This document shows, in pieces, positions 40,527 through 51,300 of a DNA stretch of 64,000 nt; the stretch's first letter is position 1, and every line of letters begins with the position of its first letter. Position numbers and translations under genes: made by a program. The DNA is taken from assembly GCA_021613535.1 (NCBI GenBank), contig CP075492.1, positions 7,626,001 through 7,690,000 of the forward strand. Direction: 5' to 3'. The notes beneath the pieces were generated by a model. That model had not been told where the DNA came from and ran no database searches. It was given only the letters and a program-made list of their open reading frames with translations. Source of the stretch: Adineta vaga. Taxonomy: Eukaryota > Animalia > Rotifera.

Positions 40527-41406
40527 GGGCTTGTCCAAACGTAACGATGTGACATTTTTACATATTGTTTTTTAATTATCTCTTGAACGAGAACAGCTGA
40601 AGAGCTCGTTCAAATAGCATTCGATGAAGCTCGGTTTCCTCTACAAGGGATACAAGAATGAGTGCATTTGGTTTAGTCATCGAGTATCTATGAAGAATTT
40701 AAGATCGCGTAACACTGTGACATAAAAGGACCCTCAGTATCGAGTAATCCACCTTTCTTTCTCATTTCCAGCGCAAGACACTTCACAATCGAAAGGCTGT
40801 GACGACAAAAGTTGTAGAGCTTTAGATGAGCTTCCTGATAGTAAAAAGAATTTTCTTTTCTGCCCCCTCCATCGAATAAAACATGCAAAAAGCAAATGTA
40901 ACGCTGTGACATTTTTCGTAACGTTGTGACTCAGTTTTTTGTTGACCAATTTTGAGGCACTTAAAATGCTCAGAATGATCTCATATTTTAAGATGCTGGT
41001 CCTTCAATGTAGACCAGCATGCTACCAGAAAATCAGATTGATACATGAATCTGGAAGCTCCTAAATCAAGCCGCAAGTCGAAAAATGTGTGAAAGTCTAT
41101 GGATCGTCTGTAACTACAAAAACGAAAAGTAAATACACCATTTTGTAGAGAATGAAATTCTGCGTCGAAGGGTAACCTTTCCGGATAACTCTGAAAAAGT
41201 TTTTAACTCAAAAGTTTCAAAATACGGTTTTTCAAAAGTTTAAAACTGAATTTCTTAGAACAAAAAGTGGTTTGTTCGCCAAATGAGTGGCAGATTCGTA
41301 ATCAGCGTGAAAAACTGCATCGAAAAACCTATTCCAATAAATGGAATTCGAAAAAATTTTTTTTCAAAACTTGATCAGCGAAGTGTCGGGTTGCGTGGAC
41401 AAGCCC
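40527..41406. mobile_element. Non-autonomous DNA transposon with 11-bp terminal inverted repeats and a 4-bp TSD (Sola2-like)
   Basis: GGGCTTGTCCA at 40527-40537 and TGGACAAGCCC at 41396-41406; ACTT flanks both sides (40523-40526 and 41407-41410). GRG termini with a 4-bp TSD fit Sola2. Confidence 0.75.
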
Positions 41407-41613
41407 ACTTGTTGTCAGGTTTGTAGAACAAACTATGAGAGTGACTATCTTTTTTCACGCTAAAAATGTTAATTGATTACTATCTTCATCATGTTATCGA
41501 AAGAAACAGTGCGCATCGATAAAAACGTGGTCCAAACAAATTTTTACACGAATTTTCTGCTTTCTGATGACGTGTTTTATCAACAGAACGAAACACGTCA
41601 CCGATAAATAAAT

Positions 41614-43134
41614 ATGAGTGCGTGAATAACTATTTAAATGTGAATATATGTCATTTGTTATTTATTTAGCGATGGCGTCAACAAATGAAATAGGTTTGGC
41701 AACTGAACGTGTTCGATGTTCAACAGAAATCGATTTAAATGATCTTCATTGTTCAACTATTTGTGAAAATATTCTGTGGAAACCAGTTTCTTGTCAGCAA
41801 TGTGAAACTCATTTCTGTCAGATGTGCATTTCAAAATGGATTGAAAAAAATCCCAATCAATGTCCACTACGATGCAACAGTTTTATTCAACGACCATGTT
41901 CAAAATTTATTGCAAGACAATTAGCTAAACTACAAGTAGCTTGCATATATCAATCCAACGGTTGTAATGAAGTATGTTTGATTGTTTATTTTCTTTATTT
42001 GAATGAATCATTCATTGAAGATTGTTCCATATGATTCACTCGAAAAACATGAATTAACCTGCCATTATCGATATGTAAAATGTAATGGTTGTCTCTCGGA
42101 AATGTTACAAAAGGATTTAATTGAGCATCAATCTCAGTGTACATCCGTTGTAATTACATGTGAAGATTGTAAAATGAATTATAAACCAAACGATATTAAC
42201 ACACAGCATTCTGATCGATTCTGTCTCAAGGAACAACTTCGACAACTAAAACGTGAATCACAAATTGAAATTCAACAATTGAGAGAACAACTCCAACAAA
42301 CACAAAGTAAATCAAAACAAATTAAAGTTAATTCGATTGGAATATTTTTGTATATTTAAGATGAACAAACAACAGCATTAGTATTGCGAGGGATTATTTC
42401 AAATGATGTAAGTTCACATCTGTTTGAAACAATGAATTATATACATTGAATCATTTCTGAATTAGGATACGTTACAACGACAACATTTTCCATCAACAGC
42501 AGAAATCGACCTACTTCATAGAAATCGAATTGTTCCTGGCAAAGACTCAGAAACGATAGTTATCAATAAATTATTTTGTGCAGAATGTCACAATGTTATG
42601 TGGAGACCAATTTGTTGTCGAAATTGTGGAAATATATTCTGCAAAAGATGTCGTCCTCAAGTCGGTTTTTTCAATAAAATTACGACATTTTTTGGTGGTC
42701 AACGTCCTCGACATGGAAGAAATAATTGCGAAATTTTTGAAGAAGGACCAATACCTGACGATATTGTTACTGGTTTAGCCAGATTGCAAATTCGTTGTGC
42801 ATATGCTCCTAATGGTTGTCGAGAAACTGTATTCTATTACGATCTTGAAGAACATGAAATGCAATGTGAATTTGAATTGATCCCATGCCAAATATGTGAA
42901 TTGCCTTTGTCAGGACGATTACCAACGACTGAACATACACTGCGTTCATGTTTTGAAGAAATGTATCAAAAAAATCCTGCCGGAATTCAACAACAATTTA
43001 TGGCACTTTTAGATTCTATTGAAAAAGTTCAAACAGATAATCGTGTTCTTAAAGCGAGTATGGACAGTATGAGAACTCAAATGAACCATTTGAAAGAAAC
43101 ATGCGAAAAGAAAGCTACTAGAGATGACAAATAA
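41614..43134 (+). CDS. Tandem RING + TRAF/SIAH-type zinc-finger protein with coiled coils, no MATH domain, multi-exon (start may be 41614 or 41672)
   Basis: Module 1: C..ICENILWKPVSCQQCETHFCQMCI..W.....CPLRC, L.V.C.Y..NGC...V.YD.LEKHE..C. Module 2: CAECHNVMWRPICCRNCGNIFCKRC, LQIRCAYAPNGC....YDLEEHEMQC. Confidence 0.82.
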
Positions 43135-43471
43135 TTCAAGTTCTTTTTTTGTTTCATTTATTTTCAAGTAAATATTGATAGCTTTCTATATCTAGCGATG
43201 ACTCTATTCTTCAAAACCATTGTATTGTTTCTCGATGAGTAGACATTTGCTCTTCTTTTGAACTGGTCGATTTTTAGTTCCCATCGTTTTTTTCCATTGT
43301 AAATCCCATGAAATGAATTAAGCCTGATCCTTGGAATGATAACATGGATAAGTTTTATTTATCTAATGGTAATTGCAAAGATAGTTAATTAACAAAAAAA
43401 ATAACTAATTTATTCATTGCCTTGTATTGATATGTTTCAGTCCATACATCGCTTTCCGTTAATGATTCAGT

Positions 43472-44070
43472 GCAGAGCTCCGCGTGGAATGGGATGGGAC
43501 GAAAAAAATCATCCCATAGGATAATTGTTTTCTTTGTGCATCCCATGGTATGGGACAAATATTTTTTTAAATGATGGGATGGGATGGGACAAAAAAATTT
43601 CGTCCCATCCCGTCCCATCCCGTCCCATCCCATGATTTAACAAAAAATACATATCACTATTTATATAAATACAAAAAATAAATAACGGAGTAAATTAGAG
43701 TGATAAATGAATATCTCCTCATCAGCTCCCTCAAGAATAAAGGGCTTTGGGCCTTATATTATGTCGCGACACATTCGGTTCAAAACCTGGCTAAATATCC
43801 GCCAAAATACACACAATTCTCCCGAAAATTTCCTTCCAGTGGCCTTCTAAGAATGATGAATGGGTTATATTAGTTCAAATTTAGAGTATCTTTATTTTGA
43901 TCGAGATTACCATCTAATTAGTATGCCTTGTAATCACTCAAAGAGTCTTTTAAAAAGCACATTTTTAAGTTGTTTTTGTTGCATAATTTCGACGAATATC
44001 CATGTTTTTTTTCGATAAATCGAGAATTTCTATAGAAAACTTGTCCCACGAGATGGGTTGGGATTTTTCA
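43472..44070. mobile_element. MITE-like remnant built from GGGAT/GGGAC and ATCCC/GTCCC inverted micro-repeats
   Basis: Starts GCAGAGC; GGGATGGGATGGGAC-AAAAAAATTTC-GTCCCATCCCGTCCCATCCC palindrome at ~43575-43633; related copy at 44043-44065. The right terminus was not found. Confidence 0.6.
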
Positions 44071-44330
44071 AGAGAATGTCTTTCACGATCGTACAGTTAA
44101 TCTCTTCTGTGAATAAGATAGCCATTCAGTATGGATTTCTATATAGCTTTCATTTCGCTTTTTGAAAGTTTGTCTGTCTGTCTGGCTAAGTCAATCAGAA
44201 TGCAGCATACATAAAATATTAAAAACTAATCGTTAGCCACTACATAAAGTTTGACGGAAAGATTATTGGCGTCAAGGAATTTGAATATGGTGTTACTTTT
44301 TTAACTTTTCTTAGAATCACGTTTTTCTAT

Positions 44331-44372
44331 TGGGGGGTATGGGTTAGGAGAATAGCCTAACCCACACCCTCA
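44331..44372. repeat. GC-rich hairpin (copy 1)
   Basis: GGGTATGGGTTAGG-agaatag-CCTAACCCACACCC stem-loop. Confidence 0.65.
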
Positions 44373-45427
44373 TGAGTTGCCTAGTTCGAATTATAACATA
44401 AATGCACATTTAGCTATATAATATCACTTCAAAAATAAATGACAAAACTTGAACTAGATTGTTTCTATAAAACAGGAATACTTTTTCTTCTATCTATAGT
44501 TAATTATAACTCACGTAGAGTATATTTCTGTAAAAATAGGAATAGGTAGGAATAGTTTTATTTCAGTTGGTATTCAATACAATACAAAAATATACACATA
44601 TATCTCTGTTTACGAATTTTGTTTACTGAAAACAAAAGCTAAATCTTTATCTAACAACAACTATATCTATAAACGCTTTTACAAAATCATCATTTATATT
44701 CGAAGTCGAATTAGGCAGCTACTCTTAAATCTCTTTTTAATTGCTCAATAGAAAAACTTTTTCCGAAGAAAAATGTTTTTAAGTTAAACCATTTAAATAA
44801 TTCTATTATTTCTTCATTGATACTAAAAAGACGAAATATTCTGAAACAAAGCATTCGAAAATCGTCAAAATAGCTTACTATGAATTGTTGTGTTCGGAAT
44901 CTTTATTATAATCAAATGGAACTACAGAGTCAACAGATGCTTTTGTTTTACAATCCTATAAAAAGATTTTTATCATTCAGGACATGATATATGATTGATA
45001 CAATATATCGTAAAATAGCATACGAAGTAAAACTAATGCTACAAAATGTCGATCCTTATATTTCTTTAAAGACACAATTGTGGAAGAAAATTTTTTATCA
45101 TTTGAAAGAACATTTTCTTCTATGACCGTATGTATAAAGAAAAACTTTAACAGTTACCATTTGATATCACTACTTTTGCATCATGTTTCCTTTTTTGACT
45201 TACTCGAAAACGAACAAGAAGCTTATTTTCTGATAATTCCATTGAAAGTTCAATTTTTTTACCATTGTTGGCGTATGTTAACCAATCGTTTTTGACTTGT
45301 TTAAAATCTTTTTTCTGTAATTCAACGACCTTTTAAAAACAATATGAAATTTTAATTGAAAAAAAGATTTTCTTTACCACATCATTTTTTACAAGATGGT
45401 AAAAAGTGTGCATACAATAGCCTATTT

Positions 45428-45769
45428 GAATTCTTTCTGAATTTATAAAAAAGAAAAAGATTTCATTTCCGACTGAAATCATGGGTCTTCATGATTACAT
45501 ACCTCTATATATAGATACATTCATACCTTCATTCTTTATTAATTTTGAAGTGGCCATATCTTTGGGTCTACGGGTAGAAGGGTCTACGAGCGTTTTAATT
45601 TTAAATATGATTTATGAAGATATATATGTAATCACTAATCGACTGAGTAGACCCGTATACTCAGGGTTCTGTGAAAAAAATCATGGTCTCTTGTGATTTT
45701 GAATTCAGAAAGAATTCTTGAGGGTGGGGTAGGTGTCTCTTTCCTTCACCGACACCCACACCCTCAAGA
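45428..45769. mobile_element. Foldback/MITE-like segment followed by GC-rich hairpin copy 2
   Basis: Perfect 16-bp inverted repeat GAATTCTTTCTGAATT (45428-45443) / AATTCAGAAAGAATTC (45702-45717); internal GGGTCTAC/GTAGACCC; hairpin TCTTGAGGGTG...CACCCTCAAGA at 45716-45769. Confidence 0.55.
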
Positions 45770-45828
45770 CGAAAGTATTATACTTTCATCGTTACATTTT
45801 ATGAATCTATACTTGATCTATTTCACAG

Positions 45829-45936
45829 ACACTTACTACCCTCAATCTTCGATCATTCAATTTTCATGACAATGAAATAAGTACCGATGAACAACAACAT
45901 ACTGAAAATTTGCTTAGAAATATATTAGCTATATAA
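45829..45936 (+). pseudogene. Orphan terminal LRR exon of the F-box-LRR family
   Basis: Acceptor tatttcacag followed in phase 0 by TLTTLNLRSFNFHDNEISTDEQQHTENLLRNILAI*. Confidence 0.6.
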
Positions 45937-45996
45937 GAATGATCTATTTGGTAATTAAATCGGCGCCAATACAATTAATCATTCATAGACATTTGC

Positions 45997-47238
45997 ATGA
46001 TATCAAATAATGAATCTTCTCTATTGTCACGTAAAACAATTGTTGATCCTCATTTAATACTTCAAACTTATCATAAAAATTGTATGTATAAAATAAAAAC
46101 AGAATCGATAGAGAAAACATTTTGTGAAGTCTCAACACAATGTGAAAATTCACTAGATCATTGTCATATCGATGAACAAACGCAAGTATCACAATCGAAT
46201 GAATCAAAAGATACTCAAACTTCTTATCTCTATTCACGTATTCCTGTAAAAAACCATCTACATTCTCTTTCATCAAAATCTGCACTTCAACATCAGACAA
46301 CAAGAAAGCATACATTTATTAATCCATATGCACTTATTGATCGAGTAAATCAAGGTGAAGATTTTCTAAAATTTCTTTACAAACAAAATTCAGAACTAAA
46401 CTTAATCTATACAACATTTCTTAAACATCTTCTCAAATACACCAATACTTTTCTTTTATCCTTACAACAAAAACATAGTTTATATGATATTTATCGACAA
46501 GATATGATTCGGTAGATTAGTTCTCTCAAAAATTTCTTTTATCACGTATAATTCTTCTTCAGATACGTAATTATTCTACAAGAACATATTAATGAACTTC
46601 GAACGAAAGTAAACATTCTTCGAGAAGCAAATAAAAATTTTGCGTTATTTCGTAAACATTTTCATAAAACAACTCGATATAAATCTGAATTGGAAGATCT
46701 ATTGATTAAACATGATAAACATCAGAAACGTATCTCTGATCAATCTGAATCAGGTATGAATCGCATGAGCATGAACAAAAAATAGAAATCTATTTCATTG
46801 AAGTGAAATATCAAGAACAATTCTTCGAAATCTATCAAAGAACTTGTATTCAATTACGAACAATAGAACAACAACGTCTTGTTGCTATTCGAGAACAAAT
46901 GAAATTTGCTATGAATCTAACACTCACATCTTTTGGTGAAGAAAAAAAAGTTATGCTAGATAAAAAACAAATTTTCTTCGATTATTTTAGATGACTATAA
47001 TTTATTTGCTTCAACTAATTTTGATCAATTATTAAATAGTTGGGATGATCAATACAAAGTAGCTATCGATCATTGGTCACATTTTCCTGCTCATGCGAAT
47101 GTTTCTCAACAATATCCTTCATTACTTTTACTCGATGAAATCAAACAAATTGTTGATGAATATCACAATCATCGACAATTCAATTTCACCCATAAAAATA
47201 CTCAAATGATAACTTTGTTAAACGAATCCAATTCATAA
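45997..47238 (+). CDS. Divergent F-BAR-like (PACSIN-like) coiled-coil protein, 4 exons
   Basis: LIDRVNQGEDFLKFL...EL..IY, YQEQFFEIYQRTCIQLRTIEQQRLVAIREQM and FDQLLNSWDDQY loosely resemble F-BAR helices. Short GT-AG introns join the frames. Confidence 0.45.
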
Positions 47239-47345
47239 TATCAGATTTAAAATAGAAATACATGCAATATTTTATTTCGTTTCTCGTATAATAGGTATAA
47301 GTATTGATAGAATATAATGTCATATTCTTTCACGTGAAAATAAAT

Positions 47346-47735
47346 TTATTTATCAGCATTGATTTGATTCTCTTCCCGTCGATGTTCCAATAAGACTAGA
47401 TTACCTTCATCTGTTCGAACGATTAATTGTTCTCCACCTTGAACTTCCAAAGTTTCGATACTATCAATGAAGCCACAAATATTCCGTTCTGTATTCAATT
47501 TTTCTAGCGGACCAGCCATTTTTGTTGCTTCCACGGCGGTATGCTCCCATTGATCACTTTCAGCAATATATCGAAAAGTACATTTTATAGTATTAATAAT
47601 ATGCACTTCAAAATGAAAAACATCAGCATTTTTATCATCACGTGTTATTTTAAATTGACAACCAAAACATTCAGGATGTTGTGGATAGTCTATAATGTTC
47701 CATTCACCTTCAATATTGTTTACTTGAGATAACAT
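47346..47735 (-). CDS. META/HslJ-domain protein, intronless
   Basis: IEGEWNI..., HFEVHIINTI, VEATKMAGPLEKLNTERNI...F, QLIV...LVLLE match the META pattern (W-x-I...N...T-x-M-x-G-P...E). Confidence 0.6.
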   Translation of the reverse strand: MLSQVNNIEGEWNIIDYPQHPECFGCQFKITRDDKNADVFHFEVHIINTIKCTFRYIAESDQWEHTAVEATKMAGPLEKLNTERNICGFIDSIETLEVQGGEQLIVRTDEGNLVLLEHRREENQINADK

Positions 47736-48307
47736 TTTTTGTTGAATTAATTCAGAATACAAACGAATACACCACCTTTATATTTTTATAGTCTATTTGT
47801 TGTTGATATCTGTATCGAAAAATAAATGTGTATTTCGTACATAGCACACAAAAGATACAATAGGATGAGCGAAGAAATATACGTTATTTTGTATTTGTTT
47901 TGCATTCTCAATCCTTCCTTACCGTTATAGAATGTTATTTATCATATTATTCATAAACATCAATAGAACTGATTGTTTCGAAAATGAATGAATAAATAAG
48001 TGACATCATACGTAATTAGCTGAAATTGTAGAACGGTGCAATACGTACGTTATTCATTCAAATTGCTCTGAATGAATAACTATTAATAAACTTGAACTTG
48101 CATGATTGAGAGAAGTAATTAAATACCCATACCCATTTTACTTCACAATTCAATATACATGATATTAATGCTTTGTTATCAAAGTACAAAAAAGAGTATA
48201 CAAAAAATCTAAGTATGAAAATAAACAAAAGAAAAACAAATATTATCTAGCAAAAAAAAACACCTTTTACATGATCAATAGTTGCGCTATCATGTAATAA
48301 CAAATAT

Positions 48308-51300
48308 TTAAACTTCCGTTATATTTGAGAAACTACCCTGTGAATCTTTTCGATGAATTGGTGCAGATGTTGTTCTCAAAGATTTCTTTTCAACAGATTT
48401 ATCTGGTTTTGATTTGTCAGTTGTTGAATTTTTCTTCGATTTCTCATTATTTGTATTTAATTGACGTGGAAATTGATATGGGGATCTACTTGGTACTCGT
48501 TGAATAATACCAGTAATTGGTTCAATAATTTGAGGAGTGAGAATAGCAGCTGTACCAACTTTTTCTTCCAACGGTCGTTGAGGTGGTGGTCCATAAATAT
48601 AACAATGTGGATGTTTTTTCTGTGCTCTTCTTAATTCTTGTTGATGCCATGCTTGCATATGTTGAGAATGACTCATCTGTGAACGTAATGTAGAGAAATT
48701 TGTAATGGAAGAACCGTTTGCCATGGGATAATCAGCTGTAGATTGATTCGACTCAGGAACAGCTTGAAATATTGGTGTACCATTGAATTGTGTAGCTACT
48801 ATCGGTGTTGGATGAAGAGATGCTTGACGTTGATAGGATGGACGCTTTAGTTTAGTTCCATCAGAACTAGTAGATGGTGGTTGAATGTTAACGATTGGTA
48901 GTTGTTGAAAGCGTGTCTTAGGAATAATATCAGATTTTGTTTGTCCTATATCTGGCTGGCTAATAACTGACGGTGCATAAGAACGAGAAGTATTGGGTTG
49001 TTGAGCAGTAACATCATATAACATACAAGAACGAACAGCAATATATCGTTCTGCTGGACTTTGAGGAAAATTATCGATAAAAGGCGCATTTGCAGGTACT
49101 GAAAGAAGGCGTTTGACTGTTGGAGAGCGTACTTCAAGGGAGACTGGTATATCTGGTGATGGTGTTATTATTCTGAAAGAAAGAAAGAAAGAAAGAAAGA
49201 GAGAAAAAAATGTATTGTAATCTATCAATGAAATTACACATTTTCAAATTAGCATACTGTATTCTTTTTTGTTTCATTTCAGGAGCATTAGCAGGTGTAA
49301 TTGGTTGTTGAGTAGGTTCAATAGCAACTGCTTGTTGTTGCTGTTCATCAATTAGATTACTTCGTTGTATACGTAATAGAGCGAGACGACTTTGAGCTTG
49401 TTTTCTTAGATCGAATAGATGATAATTATTCAGAATAGTATATGCAAGAAACCAACGAAAACGTGCTTGTTTACGTTTTAGAATTTTTTCTAATTTGCGA
49501 CCTTCTTCTGGATCAATCAGATGAGTAAGAGTCGAATAAGCTGTAGATATATGACCAACCGTTATTTGCTTGGATCGTATAGGCTTTTCTAACGGTTGAT
49601 TCTCTTCATCATCTGACCCTTCTTCTTCTTCGTCCTCCTCATCCTCCTCTTCTTCTTCTTCTTCTTCTTCTTCTTCCTCATCTGACTCTTCTTCTTGATC
49701 AGTTTCAACCGTAGATTCTTCTGTTTGTTGTTCTTCTTTCAATGTATATTGTGATGATCGTTTACTTGCTTGTTTTATTGAATGATTTGATGTTGATTGA
49801 ATCGATCCTGTATGTGAATATGAACGATTTATAATACCTGAGGGAACTGTGTCTTGAATGATTTCAGAGTAATGACTACTATCATCATTCGTATTGCTAT
49901 GACTATGTGATAATGACGAATTTGTTGAACGTCGTTGAATTAATGATGGTGTATTTTGCTGAGCTTGACGATATGATATAGTTCGTAGAGGATTTACATC
50001 GTTTGGTTTTGATGCTTGATCATACGAAGGTGGAGAATAGACTGTATTCAATCTAGCTACACGTTCTTCGTCTGTGGGTATTGTATCATAATGATTGTCT
50101 TCTTTTGTACGTTGAAAATCCGTAGAAATCTTTGGAACCATTCGACCTACTATATCATATGATGCTAACCGTGTTTGTTGTGTAGGTGCAGATGTTAACA
50201 TACTACCATCATCAAGTGCTTCTGGTGATGGTTGTTTGCTTGCTTGTCGATCAAGTATGGGTTGCTTATTAGGCATGATCATTCTAACAGTATCATAGTT
50301 TTTAACAATACGTCCACCATCATCATCTTCATCTTCTTCTTTTAAGACTTCTTTTTTCGGAGTTTTTTCTTTTGATTTCTTTTTTTTAACTGGTTCATGT
50401 CGTTTCGATGCACCATCCTCATCTTCATCATTATCTTTTTTAGCTTTGATTTTTCGTTGTTCTTTTTCTTTTTTCTTCTTCTCTAATTCTTGTTTTTTCT
50501 TTTGAGCAGCCATTTGTTTTTGTTTTGATACACCACCATCATCGTCATCATCATTGATATCTTGTTTTACTTTCGCTTTTTGTTGTTCTTTCTGTTTTTT
50601 CTTTCTCTCTAATTCTTCTTTCTTCTTTTGAGCTGCTATTTGTTCTCGTTTTGAAATTCCTCCATCATCATCGTCATCGAGGCGATTCACTTGTTTTTTC
50701 TTCTTTTCTGCCTCTTTCTTCTTCTTTTTCTTCTCTTCAAGTTCTTGTTTCTGTTTGGCAATTATCTTTGAGTTAATACCACCGTCATCATCATCATCAT
50801 CATCTTCGTCATCTTCAGCTAAATCTTGTCGTCGAGGTATACGAGGTGGTGAAGATTGTTGTATAGGTAGTAAGACAGGTGGTTGTTGTGGTATTATTTT
50901 CGATATGGCAGATATAGATGGTGGTTTCATTCCACCATCATCATCAAAATTATCTTCGTTATCCTTGTCTTCTCCTGATGGAAGATCTGCACGAGGTGGT
51001 ATGGGAGGTGCAGGATCAGATGGTGGTGGTAAAACTGGTTGTTCTTGTGGAATAAGTCGTGCAATAGTTGAAATATCTGGTGTGGCAGGACCACCGTCAT
51101 CTTCTGGTTCTTCATCGATATCATTATCAATACTTGGTTTTCGTGGTTTAGATTTTTGACTGCCTTTATCTGAATTCTAATATTAAGGACAAAAAAATCC
51201 AAATGAAAATATCTAAATGTTCTACATGAATCTTACTGATGATGGACTCGGAGATTTTTTCTGAGTCTTTGTTTCTCTTATGGAAAGACCTTGTTCTTCA

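Noticed and set aside
43385-43633. ORF MGWDGMGRDGTKFF...
   Set aside because: Translation artefact of the GGGAT micro-repeat element.
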